64,000 nucleotides of DNA from Mojavia pulchra JT2-VF2 (GTDB lineage Bacteria; Cyanobacteriota; Cyanobacteriia; Cyanobacteriales; Nostocaceae): NCBI GenBank assembly GCA_019359325.1, contig JAHHHN010000012.1:5995-69994 (forward strand). The letters are read 5' to 3'. Position 1 is the first letter of the stretch. Each line of letters begins with the position of its first letter. The position numbers were made by a program, and so were the translations under genes. Positions 22,073-34,236 of the stretch are shown piece after piece. The notes beneath the pieces were generated by a model. That model saw only the letters and a program-made list of their open reading frames with translations, made no database searches and was not told the DNA's origin.

Positions 22073-22813
22073 TTACTTATAGTTCACAATCCTGGCGAAA
22101 CTTTCAGGTTCCAGGCTTGCTCCTCCCACTAGCACACCATCAATTTCTGGTTGAGCCATGATTTCATCAATATTGTTGGGTTTGACTGAGCCACCATATT
22201 GAATTGAAACATTGGGATTAGTTAATTGGCTGCGAATTAAGCCAATTACCCGATTTGCTTCTGTTGCTTCACAAGTGTCTCCTGTGCCAATTGCCCAAAT
22301 TGGTTCGTAGGCAATCACTAAATTATTTTGATCGACATCTACCAAGTCTTTTTCTAACTGGGTGGTAATCAGTGATTCAGTCTCCCCTGCATCTCGTTGT
22401 TGTTTGGTTTCGCCTACACATAAAATAGGAGTAAGACCATACTTTTGGGCAGCTTTTAGGCGTAGATTTACGGTCGCGTCCGTTTCGCCAAAGTATTGCC
22501 GTCGTTCACTATGACCGACAATTACAAAGCGCACGCCAATTTCTGTCAGCATGAGGCCAGAAATTTCACCAGTATAGGCTCCATTTTCTTCCCAGTGGAC
22601 GTTTTGTGCCCCAAGTTGGATACGGCTACCATGCAAACTCTTAGACAAAATGCTTAAGTCAGTGAATGGGGGGCACAATACAACTTCTCGCTCTTGGGGG
22701 GTTTCCTCCAAGTAGGGCAGAAATCCCTGTAAAAAATCCTGGGACTCTGCCTGAGTTTTGAACATTTTCCAGTTACCGGCAATAACTATTTTCCGCACAG
22801 ATAATTTAGTCAA
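22073..22813 (-). CDS. tpiA: Triosephosphate isomerase
   Basis: IAGNWKM, catalytic E in [12 protein letters not shown], 246 aa. Confidence 0.93.
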   Translation of the reverse strand: MTKLSVRKIVIAGNWKMFKTQAESQDFLQGFLPYLEETPQEREVVLCPPFTDLSILSKSLHGSRIQLGAQNVHWEENGAYTGEISGLMLTEIGVRFVIVGHSERRQYFGETDATVNLRLKAAQKYGLTPILCVGETKQQRDAGETESLITTQLEKDLVDVDQNNLVIAYEPIWAIGTGDTCEATEANRVIGLIRSQLTNPNVSIQYGGSVKPNNIDEIMAQPEIDGVLVGGASLEPESFARIVNYK

Positions 22814-22892
22814 GATCCTAACGCTACTAGATGCATTTTTCAGTGTATGACTTTTTGCTTGTCATTAATCATTAGCTGTCCCCTTTGTCTCT

Positions 22893-23050
22893 AGGACTTA
22901 CGCACCCAAGCCTGAAACCCCGATCCCCCCTAGCCCCCCTTTTTAAGGGGGGAACGTCTAAAGCCACGCCACTGAGGGAGTCGCTTAACCCGCAAGGGCG
23001 CAGGGCTGCCCCTTTCTAAGGGGGTTGGGGGATCTGAGTGCGTAAGTTCT
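22893..23050. repeat. MITE-like dispersed repeat copy 1 (~158 bp, terminal inverted repeats GGACTTACGCAC...GTGCGTAAGTTC, internal palindrome ccccttttaaaagggggg)
   Basis: Near-identical copy at 34055-34202; both lie in divergent intergenic regions. Confidence 0.8.
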
Positions 23051-23144
23051 GGTCTCTTATCTCTCGAATCTCCTGCTAAAAATCACTAGGATAAGAAACG
23101 AGGTCTATCTCATATCTCACATCCATCACATAACCAAAATCCGT

Positions 23145-24626
23145 ATGAATTCGACATTGCCCTTGCCTGATCCGCATCAGAGTGATTCGTCCAACACTGA
23201 TGCTACTTCCCTAAACTGGGAGGAAGAACTTGATAGTGCAATTTTCAGTTTTGAAGACATTCAGACGGAACTCAACTACAAACAAGCACAAACAGCACTG
23301 CGAAGATTGGTAGCCAATCTCGACCTCACTCCCCAGGAAAAGCATGGTTTAGAGACAGAGATTACTGATTTGGAAATGATGTTGGGGAAGTTAGACCGCA
23401 TGGTGGTGCAGATTGCTGCTTTTGGGATGGTAGGACGCGGTAAATCTTCCTTACTCAATGCCTTGGTTGGGCAACCAGTGTTTGAAACTGGGCCTTTGCA
23501 TGGGGTGACTCGTGCAGCACAAAGCGTTAATTGGAGTATTAACGAAGAGGCGATTGGCAAAACGGAACGTGCTTTACGAGTAACCCTGCCAGCAGTTGGT
23601 CAATCTCAGGTGGAATTAATTGATACACCTGGGTTAGACGAAATAGATGGAGATACCCGTGCAGCATTAGCTGAACAGGTAGCAAAACAGGCAGATTTAA
23701 TTTTGTTTGTGATTGCTGGTGACATGACTAAGGTAGAACAGGTTGCTCTTTCTCAGTTGCGGGAAGCTGGTAAACCGATAATTTTGGTGTTTAACAAAGT
23801 AGACCAGTATCCAGAAGCAGACCGGATGGCAATTTACCACAAAATCCGGGATGAACGGGTTAAAGAGTTACTCTCACCTCTAGAAATTGTCATGGCAGCG
23901 GCATCACCATTAGTGAAAACGGCGATTCTGCGCCCTGATGGTAGCAGGGGGTTACAATTACGGACAGGTAATGCCCAAATCGATGAACTGAAGCTCAAAA
24001 TTCTAGAGATTCTGCACCGTGAGGGTAAAGCTTTGGTTGCTCTCAACACAATGCTTTATGCCGATACCGTGAATGAGCAATTGGTACAGCGAAAACTGAT
24101 GATTCGGGAACAGAATGCTAATGAGCTAATTTGGAAAGCGGTAATGACTAAGGCATTAGCGATCGCTCTTAATCCTGTAACTGTAGTAGATATACTTAGT
24201 AGTATTGTTATTGATATTTTTCTAATTTTAGGTTTATCTAAACTCTACGGCATTCCAATGACCGAAGCTGGTGCTGTAAAATTACTCCAAAAAATTGCCT
24301 TGAGTATGGGCGGTATTGGTGTTAGTGAACTACTAGCTAACTTAGGTTTAAGTGGGTTGAAAACTTTACTTGGTATCTCTGCATCAGCTACGGCTGGTGC
24401 TGCCATTGGCCCCTATATCTCAGTGGCGGTAACTCAAGCCGGCGTAGCTGGTGTTTCTTCTTACGGTATTGGACAAGTGACCAAAGCTTATTTAGCCAAT
24501 GGCGCAACTTGGGGGCCTGATGGGCCAAAGGCAGTCATCAGTAAGATTTTGGCAACCTTGGATGAGGCCTCAATTCTCAGCCGCATTAAAGACGAATTGC
24601 TCTACAAAATGAAATTTAGCAAATAA
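23145..24626 (+). CDS. GTP-binding protein (P-loop GTPase domain followed by C-terminal hydrophobic/membrane region)
   Basis: G1 GMVGRGKSSLLNALVG, G3 DTPGLDE, G4 NKVD; C-terminal 150 aa hydrophobic. Confidence 0.7.
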   Translation: MNSTLPLPDPHQSDSSNTDATSLNWEEELDSAIFSFEDIQTELNYKQAQTALRRLVANLDLTPQEKHGLETEITDLEMMLGKLDRMVVQIAAFGMVGRGKSSLLNALVGQPVFETGPLHGVTRAAQSVNWSINEEAIGKTERALRVTLPAVGQSQVELIDTPGLDEIDGDTRAALAEQVAKQADLILFVIAGDMTKVEQVALSQLREAGKPIILVFNKVDQYPEADRMAIYHKIRDERVKELLSPLEIVMAAASPLVKTAILRPDGSRGLQLRTGNAQIDELKLKILEILHREGKALVALNTMLYADTVNEQLVQRKLMIREQNANELIWKAVMTKALAIALNPVTVVDILSSIVIDIFLILGLSKLYGIPMTEAGAVKLLQKIALSMGGIGVSELLANLGLSGLKTLLGISASATAGAAIGPYISVAVTQAGVAGVSSYGIGQVTKAYLANGATWGPDGPKAVISKILATLDEASILSRIKDELLYKMKFSK

Positions 24627-24890
24627 TGCATAGAAGCGGAGCATCTTGTTGTCAGATATCGCCCTCAAAACTTGAAACTTTGGGCTGAGAACTCCAAAAA
24701 TTGAGCTTGAAGCGCAAAATTCAAAATTTCAGCTTTGAACTTGGAATGCCACTTTTACGCTTAATATCCAAGCTCAAAGCTTTGGCTTTCAACTTCTCAA
24801 GCAGAATTGCCAAAATATTGCCTACACTTCTGATGCTTGCAACTGCACTTTCTGATTTATAGGTAAAACTGTGCCACAAAACTTTGACTT

Positions 24891-26543
24891 TTACCCTTTG
24901 CTTTTAAAAGAATCTAGCCACTCTCGGACTTGTTCGCGGGCAATATCACGACCACCAAGACCAAAGGCTAAAGCAATAGCAACGGCGATCGCACCTAGTA
25001 AAAGCCCAAATGCTAAATTCACAATATCGCTGGCAACGCCAATCTGCCGCAGTGCCATTGCTGAGACTAGGGTAATAATGGCAATCCGCGCCACCTGTCC
25101 TAAAATCCTTGCCTGGGGGTTATTAGAACTGGTAATGATGCTAAAAGCCAGATTTGCCAAGAACAAACCAATGCCAAATACGATTAATCCCGATAAAATC
25201 CGCCCAAATATAATCAAAATCCCGGACACCAAGGCTGTCAGCGCGGCAATATTGAGAATATTTACTGCTGCGACTGTCGCAAACAGCATAATGCCCACTA
25301 AGACGATAATCCCGACAATTTCTGATGGGGTACGGGTTGGTGTTGATACTGGTGCGCCTGCTTGTGTGTATACGGCTGTTTGTCTAGGTGATGGCAGACC
25401 CAGCACAGCAAAAATGTTATTGAAACCAAAACTGGTGAGGATACTCGTGACCAGATCCGAAACAAACCTCCCCACGAAATAGCCAATAATCAGAATTGCT
25501 ATGGCTGTAAAAATTGCAGGTAGAGCATTCAGAATTTGTTGCAGCATGGCGATCGCTGGAACTGAAATCGCCTCAATTTTCAGAGCATTGAGCGCGGCGA
25601 TCGCAACTGGAATTAAAATCAAAATATAGACAAGCGTGCCGACAATATTCGACAGAGATTGTCCCCCTACAGATGAAGACAGTCCAAAACGGCTACCCAA
25701 ATGGTCGATTCCAGTGGTTAACAATAAGTTGGTAACAATTCGGCAAACTATATTAGCTATAAACCAGCCGACAGCAGCAATTAGTGTCGCTGCTAAGATG
25801 TTTGGCAGAATTGAAAGAATCTGTGTTATTAAAGCTTTTACTGGTTGTAGCGCCTCCCTTAACCCCAGAGTATCTAGAACTGGGACGAGAAAAAGTAGAA
25901 AGATGAACCAATAAAGCGCATTGCCAATCGTTTCGCTTAAAGACAACTGATTGAGTCCAGGTGTACCATCCTGTGTTTCTTGATTCAAACGTTCATCCAG
26001 CCTCAATACCTGGAGTCCGCGTATCGTTGCAATCTTCACAATGGTAGCTAATAACCAAGCAACACCCAAAAGAATTCCTGCACCAACCAACTTTGGTAAA
26101 AAGCCCACAAGTTGATCGAGAAAATTATTGAGTGGTCGAGAGGCTACCTCCAGTCCTAAAGTCTGTAAAACCGCTACCGCAGTCAACAGAATAATGCCCC
26201 AAAAGACTAAGCTGGAGATTAATTGTTCCACCTGAGGAACATCGTTACGACCAGTCACTCCTGTAGCAATGCGGTTATCTATGTTTGTGCGGTTGAGGAT
26301 TTTCCGTGTTACTACAGCCACAATCGCAGCAATCAACCAACCTACTAGCAAAATTGCCGTTGCCCCTAGCAAACGGGGTGTAAACAGAAGGATCTGTTCA
26401 ACAATGCCTTGTACATCAGCAATTCCCTGCTTTATCCCTGGTTGATAGGGTGGTAGGTTGGGCGATTGTGCCAAAAATTGTTGCACCCTCATCGACAAAC
26501 CCACTTCTATTACCTGGGTTATTCCTGGCCAAGCTGTGTTCAT
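24891..26543 (-). CDS. Polytopic membrane protein with repeated conserved TM-helix modules (MscS-associated type repeat)
   Basis: 550 aa, ~10 hydrophobic helices with recurring G..L..L.....G motif; family call uncertain. Confidence 0.45.
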   Translation of the reverse strand: MNTAWPGITQVIEVGLSMRVQQFLAQSPNLPPYQPGIKQGIADVQGIVEQILLFTPRLLGATAILLVGWLIAAIVAVVTRKILNRTNIDNRIATGVTGRNDVPQVEQLISSLVFWGIILLTAVAVLQTLGLEVASRPLNNFLDQLVGFLPKLVGAGILLGVAWLLATIVKIATIRGLQVLRLDERLNQETQDGTPGLNQLSLSETIGNALYWFIFLLFLVPVLDTLGLREALQPVKALITQILSILPNILAATLIAAVGWFIANIVCRIVTNLLLTTGIDHLGSRFGLSSSVGGQSLSNIVGTLVYILILIPVAIAALNALKIEAISVPAIAMLQQILNALPAIFTAIAILIIGYFVGRFVSDLVTSILTSFGFNNIFAVLGLPSPRQTAVYTQAGAPVSTPTRTPSEIVGIIVLVGIMLFATVAAVNILNIAALTALVSGILIIFGRILSGLIVFGIGLFLANLAFSIITSSNNPQARILGQVARIAIITLVSAMALRQIGVASDIVNLAFGLLLGAIAVAIALAFGLGGRDIAREQVREWLDSFKSKG

Positions 26544-27089
26544 GGTTGTTCAGAATTAAGGTTTATTGTTGGGTGTTAACACTTAAGATGCTTCTGGAGT
26601 AGATTGTTGTATGCAATCGTGCCCCCGTAAGTTCACTAGTGTTTTGCCTAACAATTTACCAGGAAAAAGATATATATCATTCTGATTAAGAGCAATCTTT
26701 GAATTTATTAAATATTTTTTTGTTATGTTAATTAATTATTACAAAATGCTATTTGTTATAAAATATTTGATATTAATTTTTATGTTTAGACATATCTTAA
26801 AATTCAAAACTAAAAATAAAGAAGTAAAAGCTAGGTAAAGATAAAATTTCATCTCAATTGTGAATGAAAGCTCCTAGTATCTCTTGCATTTAGTAATTCT
26901 GCCAGCAGTGAAGAAAGCAGAAGCAGACAGGAAAAATTGTAATTTTATCTGTTGTACCTTTAGATCTTTATCTAACTTATACAAGTTTATTGATTTTTAC
27001 AATCTAGTAAATTGTCGTATTGATGTAATGTAATGGCAGCGCTTAATTTTGCGTTAATCTAATTGCAGCAACAGCATTAAAAATGTAGA

Positions 27090-27545
27090 ATGCCCCAAGT
27101 TTTGGAACAATCGATTCAAATTAATGCCACAGCTACAGTGGTAGAGCGTTGTTTTACCGATTTAACTCTCATGCATCGCTGGCTTAACCCTGTACTCCGT
27201 TGTGAACCTGTGGGCGGAACTTGGAGTACCGATGTTGGCAGTCAAAGCCGCTTTTTGATTCAAATTCCTGTAATTCAACCGGCTCTCAAGAGTGTTGTTG
27301 TAGAAAGGCAACCGGGTTTAGTCGTGTGGGAGTTTCAGGGATTTTTCAAAGGGCGCGATCGCTGGGAATGTCTACCAATCGAGAAGGGAACAAGCCTGCT
27401 GAATAGGTTTGAGTTTGAAATTCCCAACCCCTTAATCAGTTGGGGTTTTAATACCTTTGCAGCATCTTGGACAAAACAAGATATGCAAGCCCAACTGCGC
27501 CGCCTCAAACGAGTAGCAGAGGAAGTACAACAAAGACTTCGTTAA
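27090..27545 (+). CDS. Hypothetical protein, possibly SRPBCC (START/Bet v1-like) fold
   Basis: 151 aa ORF with good cyanobacterial codon usage; weak family resemblance only. Confidence 0.35.
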   Translation: MPQVLEQSIQINATATVVERCFTDLTLMHRWLNPVLRCEPVGGTWSTDVGSQSRFLIQIPVIQPALKSVVVERQPGLVVWEFQGFFKGRDRWECLPIEKGTSLLNRFEFEIPNPLISWGFNTFAASWTKQDMQAQLRRLKRVAEEVQQRLR

Positions 27546-27588
27546 TGTTGTCAATTTTGAAAATTCCGATTTTTAAATTTTGAATTTT

Positions 27589-28416
27589 TTACTTTCTCTT
27601 CAACTCAGCAAGTAGCCGCCGAATTGCGCTTGCATCATCAGCATCAGGAACCTTAGCTAGATAACTTTGCAAGTCGTCAGCAGCTTGTGGATAATGACCA
27701 AGTTGATAGTAAATCAGACCGCGATCGCGCAATTCTAAGCCCACCCCAGGAAACAGCAGCAAAATTCGCTCAACTGCTGCTAGAGTTTTTTCCAAATTTT
27801 GCTTTTTCAGGTAAATATATTTCAGGTTCGTGAGCATCCGTGCTAAAAATTGCCGATGGCTTACCGGAGCTAAAAATTCTGGTTTTAGCTGCACAGGTTG
27901 CTGAAACATCTGAGAAAGCCGTTCCTGGCAATCTTGTGTAAATAAAACCTCACCGCGATTGAATGCATCAACGAAAATCTCCATATCTGAGATATTCGGA
28001 CGAATCAGGAAATGCCCTGGCATCCCGATACCCATCATTGGAAAATCAATTCGGCGGGATACCTCCAAGTAGACTAGCGCTAAAGTAATAGGTATCCCTA
28101 AGCGCCGATCAATCACATCATTTAAAAAGCTGTTGCGGGGATCGTAGTAGTCTGTTTGATTGCCAGCAAATCCCAAGTCATCGTATAAATAACTACTTAT
28201 ATTTTGAATCACCCGCAGCGGATACCGTGAAGAAGGCAACCGTTCTTGTAGTTCTGCTGCCATTGTGTCGAAGGCATTAAGGTATTCTTCGGGGTCAAGG
28301 TTGGGATATTCTTCTTGGGCAATATATAAAGCAGCTTTTGCCAGGTCGATATCCTCGTCAGGCTGCTGAATCTCTTGGTAAAAATATTGTCGCGCTGACG
28401 AGAAATTCATAAGCAA
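27589..28416 (-). CDS. Transglutaminase-like/TPR protein (SirB1/YchA family, UPF0162)
   Basis: MGIGMPGHFLIRP core and C-terminal TPR-like helices resemble enterobacterial YchA. Confidence 0.5.
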   Translation of the reverse strand: MLMNFSSARQYFYQEIQQPDEDIDLAKAALYIAQEEYPNLDPEEYLNAFDTMAAELQERLPSSRYPLRVIQNISSYLYDDLGFAGNQTDYYDPRNSFLNDVIDRRLGIPITLALVYLEVSRRIDFPMMGIGMPGHFLIRPNISDMEIFVDAFNRGEVLFTQDCQERLSQMFQQPVQLKPEFLAPVSHRQFLARMLTNLKYIYLKKQNLEKTLAAVERILLLFPGVGLELRDRGLIYYQLGHYPQAADDLQSYLAKVPDADDASAIRRLLAELKRK

Positions 28417-28801
28417 TTGCTCGATGGAGTGATAAGGATGAAGCGGGTAAACTGACAGCAGTTTTCTGTACCTATCTTTATCTTAGAGACCTTCGCCCGG
28501 ATTGGAAAATGTCAGAAATACAAATAGCAAGATAAAGCTAAAGTCGCAGTTGAGGTAGTTAACGACCTCTAGTATTTTGCGCTTGCCGTGTTTAGATATC
28601 ATCAGACCCAGCAGTTTTTGATTTTGAGATGATTGCACGGAGCGCAGTGCCGGAGGCGATCGCAGCTAATTTTAAACTTAGCCTGATTTTGATCCCCAGA
28701 CACCACTCTTAAGGATCAATTTATGGCGGAGAGTGGGGTCGTTCAGTGTTAATCTGAAAGGTGACATTACTTCATATTATGTCTTCTACGACCCTATCTG
28801 A

Positions 28802-30277
<1,476 letters not shown>

Positions 30278-30368
30278 TTCGTTAGTCGTCAGTAGTTAGT
30301 GGTCAATAGTTTTGAACAACTGGCGACTGACTACTGACAACCGACAACTGACAACTGACACATCATAT

Positions 30369-30782
30369 ATGACACTAACCGTTCGTGTAGTTTCTCCAGA
30401 TAAAACAGTGTGGGATGCCCAAGCTGAAGAAGTAGTTTTGCCTAGCACTACTGGTCAGTTAGGTATCCTGAGTGGACACGCACCACTTTTGACTGCTCTA
30501 GATACTGGTGTGCTGCGAGTACGTGCCAGCAAAAATCAGGATTGGCAAGCGATCGCCCTTTTAGGCGGTTTTGCTGAAGTTGAACAAGATGAAGTCACAA
30601 TCCTGGTGAACGGCGCTGAACGTGGCGATACCATTAACTTAGAAGAAGCTCGTACTGCTTACAGCCAAGCACAAACACGTCTCAATCAGGTGACACCAGG
30701 CGATCGCCAAGCACAAATCCAGGCGACCCAAGCCTTCAAACGCGCCCGCGCTCGGTTTCAAGCAGCTGGCGGTTTGGTCTAA
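30369..30782 (+). CDS. atpC: ATP synthase F1 epsilon subunit
   Basis: [44 protein letters not shown] is the epsilon N-terminal beta-sandwich; start moved to MTLTV inside track ORF. Confidence 0.9.
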   Translation: MTLTVRVVSPDKTVWDAQAEEVVLPSTTGQLGILSGHAPLLTALDTGVLRVRASKNQDWQAIALLGGFAEVEQDEVTILVNGAERGDTINLEEARTAYSQAQTRLNQVTPGDRQAQIQATQAFKRARARFQAAGGLV

Positions 30783-30920
30783 AATTTTCTACTGTGCTTC
30801 AACTTTTTAGGGTGGACAAATAGCCCACCCTAAATAATATTTATTTATATTGCTAAAAAAATTACACCAAGTTTAAGAAATTTAGTCCAGTCCAAGTGAA
30901 GTGTTAATTTAGATAATTAG

Positions 30921-33059
30921 TTGCCCAAAAGGGCACAATTTATGAAAAGTTCTTCAACTTCCCTTGGTAAGCGGAAACAAAATAAATTAGGTCGTTTTGC
31001 CGGATCTGTAGTAGCAGCATTAGCAATAGCTAGCAGTGTGAATTGTGCTAGTGCTACTAATGTAAAAGACGTAAAAACATTTACAACAAAAGATATCGCC
31101 TCAGTATCAGTCCCATCTGTACAGACAAAACCCATCATTGCCCAGTTACCAACCAACAGTACTCAATATCAGGCAATGCAACTGTCACCTGGGGGACTCA
31201 TCCCGATTATTTTGGTGGGTGGTGTAGTCATATTTGTCCCACTGTTCTTTGGCGGACTGGTGGTTATTGGCGAACGTGAAGTTGGCATTGTAGTTAGAAA
31301 ATTTACCTTATCTGGGCGCGGACTGCCAGCAGGAAGGCTGATTGCCTTGAACGGTGAAGCTGGCTTGCAGGCAGATACTCTGGCTCCTGGCTGGCATTGG
31401 GGCTATTGGCCTTGGCAATACTCGGTTCGCAAGGAGCATGTAGTCGTTGTACCCCAAGGTGAAATTGCCTTGATTGTGGCAGCAGATGGTGCATCCAACC
31501 CGCCAGAACGCATTTTAGGCAAAATCGTTGATTGTGATAATTTCCAAGATGCCCGAAAATTCCTTACCCAAGGTGGGGAAAAAGGTCGTCAGATGGGTTT
31601 TCTCACGGCTGGTACGTACCGCATCAACACCGCCCTGTTTAAAGTCATCATGGCGTCGAATGCCACTGGTCATGGCATGAATCCAGAACATTTGCGGGTG
31701 TACAGTGTTAACTCTGACAAAGTTGGCATCGTTACTACGCTCGATGGTCTGCCAATTCCGGCTGGTGAGCTTGCAGGCCCAATAATTCCTGGACACGATA
31801 ACTTCCAGAGTGGTCAGAAATTCATTGATGGTGGTGGACGAAGGGGTTTGCAAGAGCAGATATTGCTTTCTGGTTCTTGGAACTTGAATCCTTGGTTTGT
31901 CCAGGTTGAGCAAGTGCCGATGACAGAAATTCCCATTGGATATGTGGGGGTAGTAATTTCTTTCGTGGGTAAAGCCCAAGAAGATGTCAGCGGTGCAGCC
32001 TTTACCCATGGAAACTTGGTTAATCAAGGACATAAGGGTGTGTGGGTGGAACCACTTTATCCTGGGAAGCACCCGATCAATTCGCGGATCATGAAGATTG
32101 AATTAGTGCCAACCACTAACATAGTTTTAAACTGGTCAGGTCGCACTGAACGCCATAGTTATGATGCTCAACTAGCTTCCTTAACAGTGCGATCGCGCGA
32201 CGGGTTTGCCTTCGATTTAGAAGTAGCGCAAATTATCCATGTGGGTGCATTGGATGCTCCGAAGGTGATTTCTCGCGTAGGTTCGATGCAAAATTTAGTA
32301 GACCATGTATTAGAACCAACTATTGGTAATTACTTCCGCAACTCCGCGCAAGATTATACTGTACTAGATTTTCTTACTGCCCGGAGCGAACGCCAAGTAG
32401 AGGCTGCGGAGTATATTAAAATAGCGTTGCGGGCTTATGACGTGCAAGCGATCGACACCCTAATCGGTGATATTCTGCCACCGGCGACGCTCATGCAGAC
32501 ACAAACAGACCGGAAAATTGCTGAAGAACAGCGCAAGACTTATGAAGTTCAGCAAGTAGCGCAAACTCAACGGCAAAAACTCGTTAGAGAAACGGCGCTG
32601 GCTGATATTCAGCAAGAAATGGTGAAATCAGAGCAGAATGTGCAGATTGCCGACTTAAAAGCGCAAGCAGCAATTAAGCACGCTAACGGTGAAGCAGAGG
32701 CTACAAAACTGCGAGCAATTGCTGAAGCTGAAGGTATTCGGGCCACAGGTAATGCCAAAGCTGAAACCTACCGTACTGGTGTGGAAGCCTTGGGAACACA
32801 AGGTTATACCGCAATGCAGCTAATGCAAATTATCGGCGATCGCAATGTTCGTCTAATTCCAGATATCCTTGTTGGTGGTAGTAATGGCAGCACTAACGGC
32901 TTGGTAGATGGGCTACTATCAATGATTTTATGGAATCAAACTGGCAAGCAAGGTGAGGCATTACCAACACCTTTGCATCCACAACCAGTAGTCAAAACTC
33001 AACCAAACGGACAAAGCAGTTTTCCGCCAATAGTTGTTGATTTTCCTGTAGATAAGTAA
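30921..33059 (+). CDS. Flotillin-like SPFH domain protein (large, N-terminal signal/TM, C-terminal EA-rich coiled coil)
   Basis: Band-7 core plus AEEQRKTYEVQQVAQTQRQK...AEAEGIRATGNAKAE flotillin-type repeats; true start possibly 30942. Confidence 0.65.
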   Translation: MPKRAQFMKSSSTSLGKRKQNKLGRFAGSVVAALAIASSVNCASATNVKDVKTFTTKDIASVSVPSVQTKPIIAQLPTNSTQYQAMQLSPGGLIPIILVGGVVIFVPLFFGGLVVIGEREVGIVVRKFTLSGRGLPAGRLIALNGEAGLQADTLAPGWHWGYWPWQYSVRKEHVVVVPQGEIALIVAADGASNPPERILGKIVDCDNFQDARKFLTQGGEKGRQMGFLTAGTYRINTALFKVIMASNATGHGMNPEHLRVYSVNSDKVGIVTTLDGLPIPAGELAGPIIPGHDNFQSGQKFIDGGGRRGLQEQILLSGSWNLNPWFVQVEQVPMTEIPIGYVGVVISFVGKAQEDVSGAAFTHGNLVNQGHKGVWVEPLYPGKHPINSRIMKIELVPTTNIVLNWSGRTERHSYDAQLASLTVRSRDGFAFDLEVAQIIHVGALDAPKVISRVGSMQNLVDHVLEPTIGNYFRNSAQDYTVLDFLTARSERQVEAAEYIKIALRAYDVQAIDTLIGDILPPATLMQTQTDRKIAEEQRKTYEVQQVAQTQRQKLVRETALADIQQEMVKSEQNVQIADLKAQAAIKHANGEAEATKLRAIAEAEGIRATGNAKAETYRTGVEALGTQGYTAMQLMQIIGDRNVRLIPDILVGGSNGSTNGLVDGLLSMILWNQTGKQGEALPTPLHPQPVVKTQPNGQSSFPPIVVDFPVDK

Positions 33060-33226
33060 CATCAACAGAACTGATTAGTTTGTAGGTAGTTAGCACTTTA
33101 GCAATCAAAAAGCACTAAAGTGCTGATACTGTAATTATCTAAAAAACACTGTATTACGTATGCGATCGCTAGTTTTTTTGATTAAATAATGAATTTTAAG
33201 CACAGGAGAGTATCAACCTAACAGCC

Positions 33227-33874
33227 TTACTCCTTGACTGAACCAGAAATTTGCCCCTTAACCCAAGTGCGAAAAGCACGGGTTGTAGTGATTTCTCCAT
33301 TCTGTTTACTCTCTTGAATAAATCGAGGAATTTCCCTCACTGCTACAGACGTAAAGATAGGGCTAACTTGGACTTCTAAATATTGTCCACCTTCAAGTCT
33401 ATAAATTTGCAACACACTGCCGTTGTAGCGCCAAAATTCAGGAATTCCCATTGAGGCATAAAGCTGCAACTTGTCGATTTTAGATCTGGAGTATTCGACC
33501 TCTAGCACAAGGTCTGGGGGTGGGTCAGAAGCCAAGTCTATATTTTCCTTGTCTCTAACTAAAAATTCGTTTTGGATGTAGTAGCTGCTATCTGGCTCTC
33601 CCCCACGTTCTAAATCATCCCGCGTTAATGTCAGAGATCCAGTCCTTTTAATTTCCAATCCCAACTCTTCGCACAGTACACCAACAAAAACCTCAATGAG
33701 ACGGTTTGAGTTTTCGTGCGGCATGAGTGGAGTCATAATTTCTATTGTGCCATTGTCATAAGCAAGTCTATTTTTGCGTTCTGAACCCATCTCAGCCAGC
33801 ATAGTTTTGAATGTCTGCCAGCTAATGTTCTCAAGTAAGACTCTCATTTCTGCGGGTGTTGCTGTGGTCACCAT
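33227..33874 (-). CDS. Uma2-family (DUF820) putative endonuclease, second paralog
   Basis: Same family signature as 8264..8899 (PEFWRY...). Confidence 0.6.
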   Translation of the reverse strand: MVTTATPAEMRVLLENISWQTFKTMLAEMGSERKNRLAYDNGTIEIMTPLMPHENSNRLIEVFVGVLCEELGLEIKRTGSLTLTRDDLERGGEPDSSYYIQNEFLVRDKENIDLASDPPPDLVLEVEYSRSKIDKLQLYASMGIPEFWRYNGSVLQIYRLEGGQYLEVQVSPIFTSVAVREIPRFIQESKQNGEITTTRAFRTWVKGQISGSVKE

Positions 33875-34054
33875 TGTTCAGTTCTGTTTTGCTTTTAGCT
33901 GAGGGAATTTTGATTTTCTGGGTGTGGTGTTCATGATTTACCTACCTTAACCTGCCCCCATCGAGAGTATTGGACGGTAACTAGCAGAAAGATGAGGACG
34001 TAAGAAAGCTACAGTTATATCGAAATTAGTATTACTACATTTATGTTAAATCTT

Positions 34055-34202
34055 AGGACTTACGCACTCAAGCCTGAAACCCCGATCCCCCCTTAAAAAG
34101 GGGGGAACGTCTAAAGCCACGCCACTGAGGGAGTCGCTTAACCCGCAAGGGCGCAGGGCTGCCCCTTTCTAAGGGGGTTGGGGGATCTGAGTGCGTAAGT
34201 TC
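34055..34202. repeat. MITE-like dispersed repeat copy 2
   Basis: Aligns base-for-base with 22893-23050 apart from a few substitutions and a 7-bp indel. Confidence 0.8.
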
Positions 34203-34236
34203 TGAATCTAATCTGGCTGATAACTTTGGCAGGAAA

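Noticed and set aside
22861-23100. Considered the GC-rich repeat at 22893-23050 as a tRNA or small RNA gene
   Set aside because: No cloverleaf could be folded; terminal inverted repeats and a second copy favour a MITE
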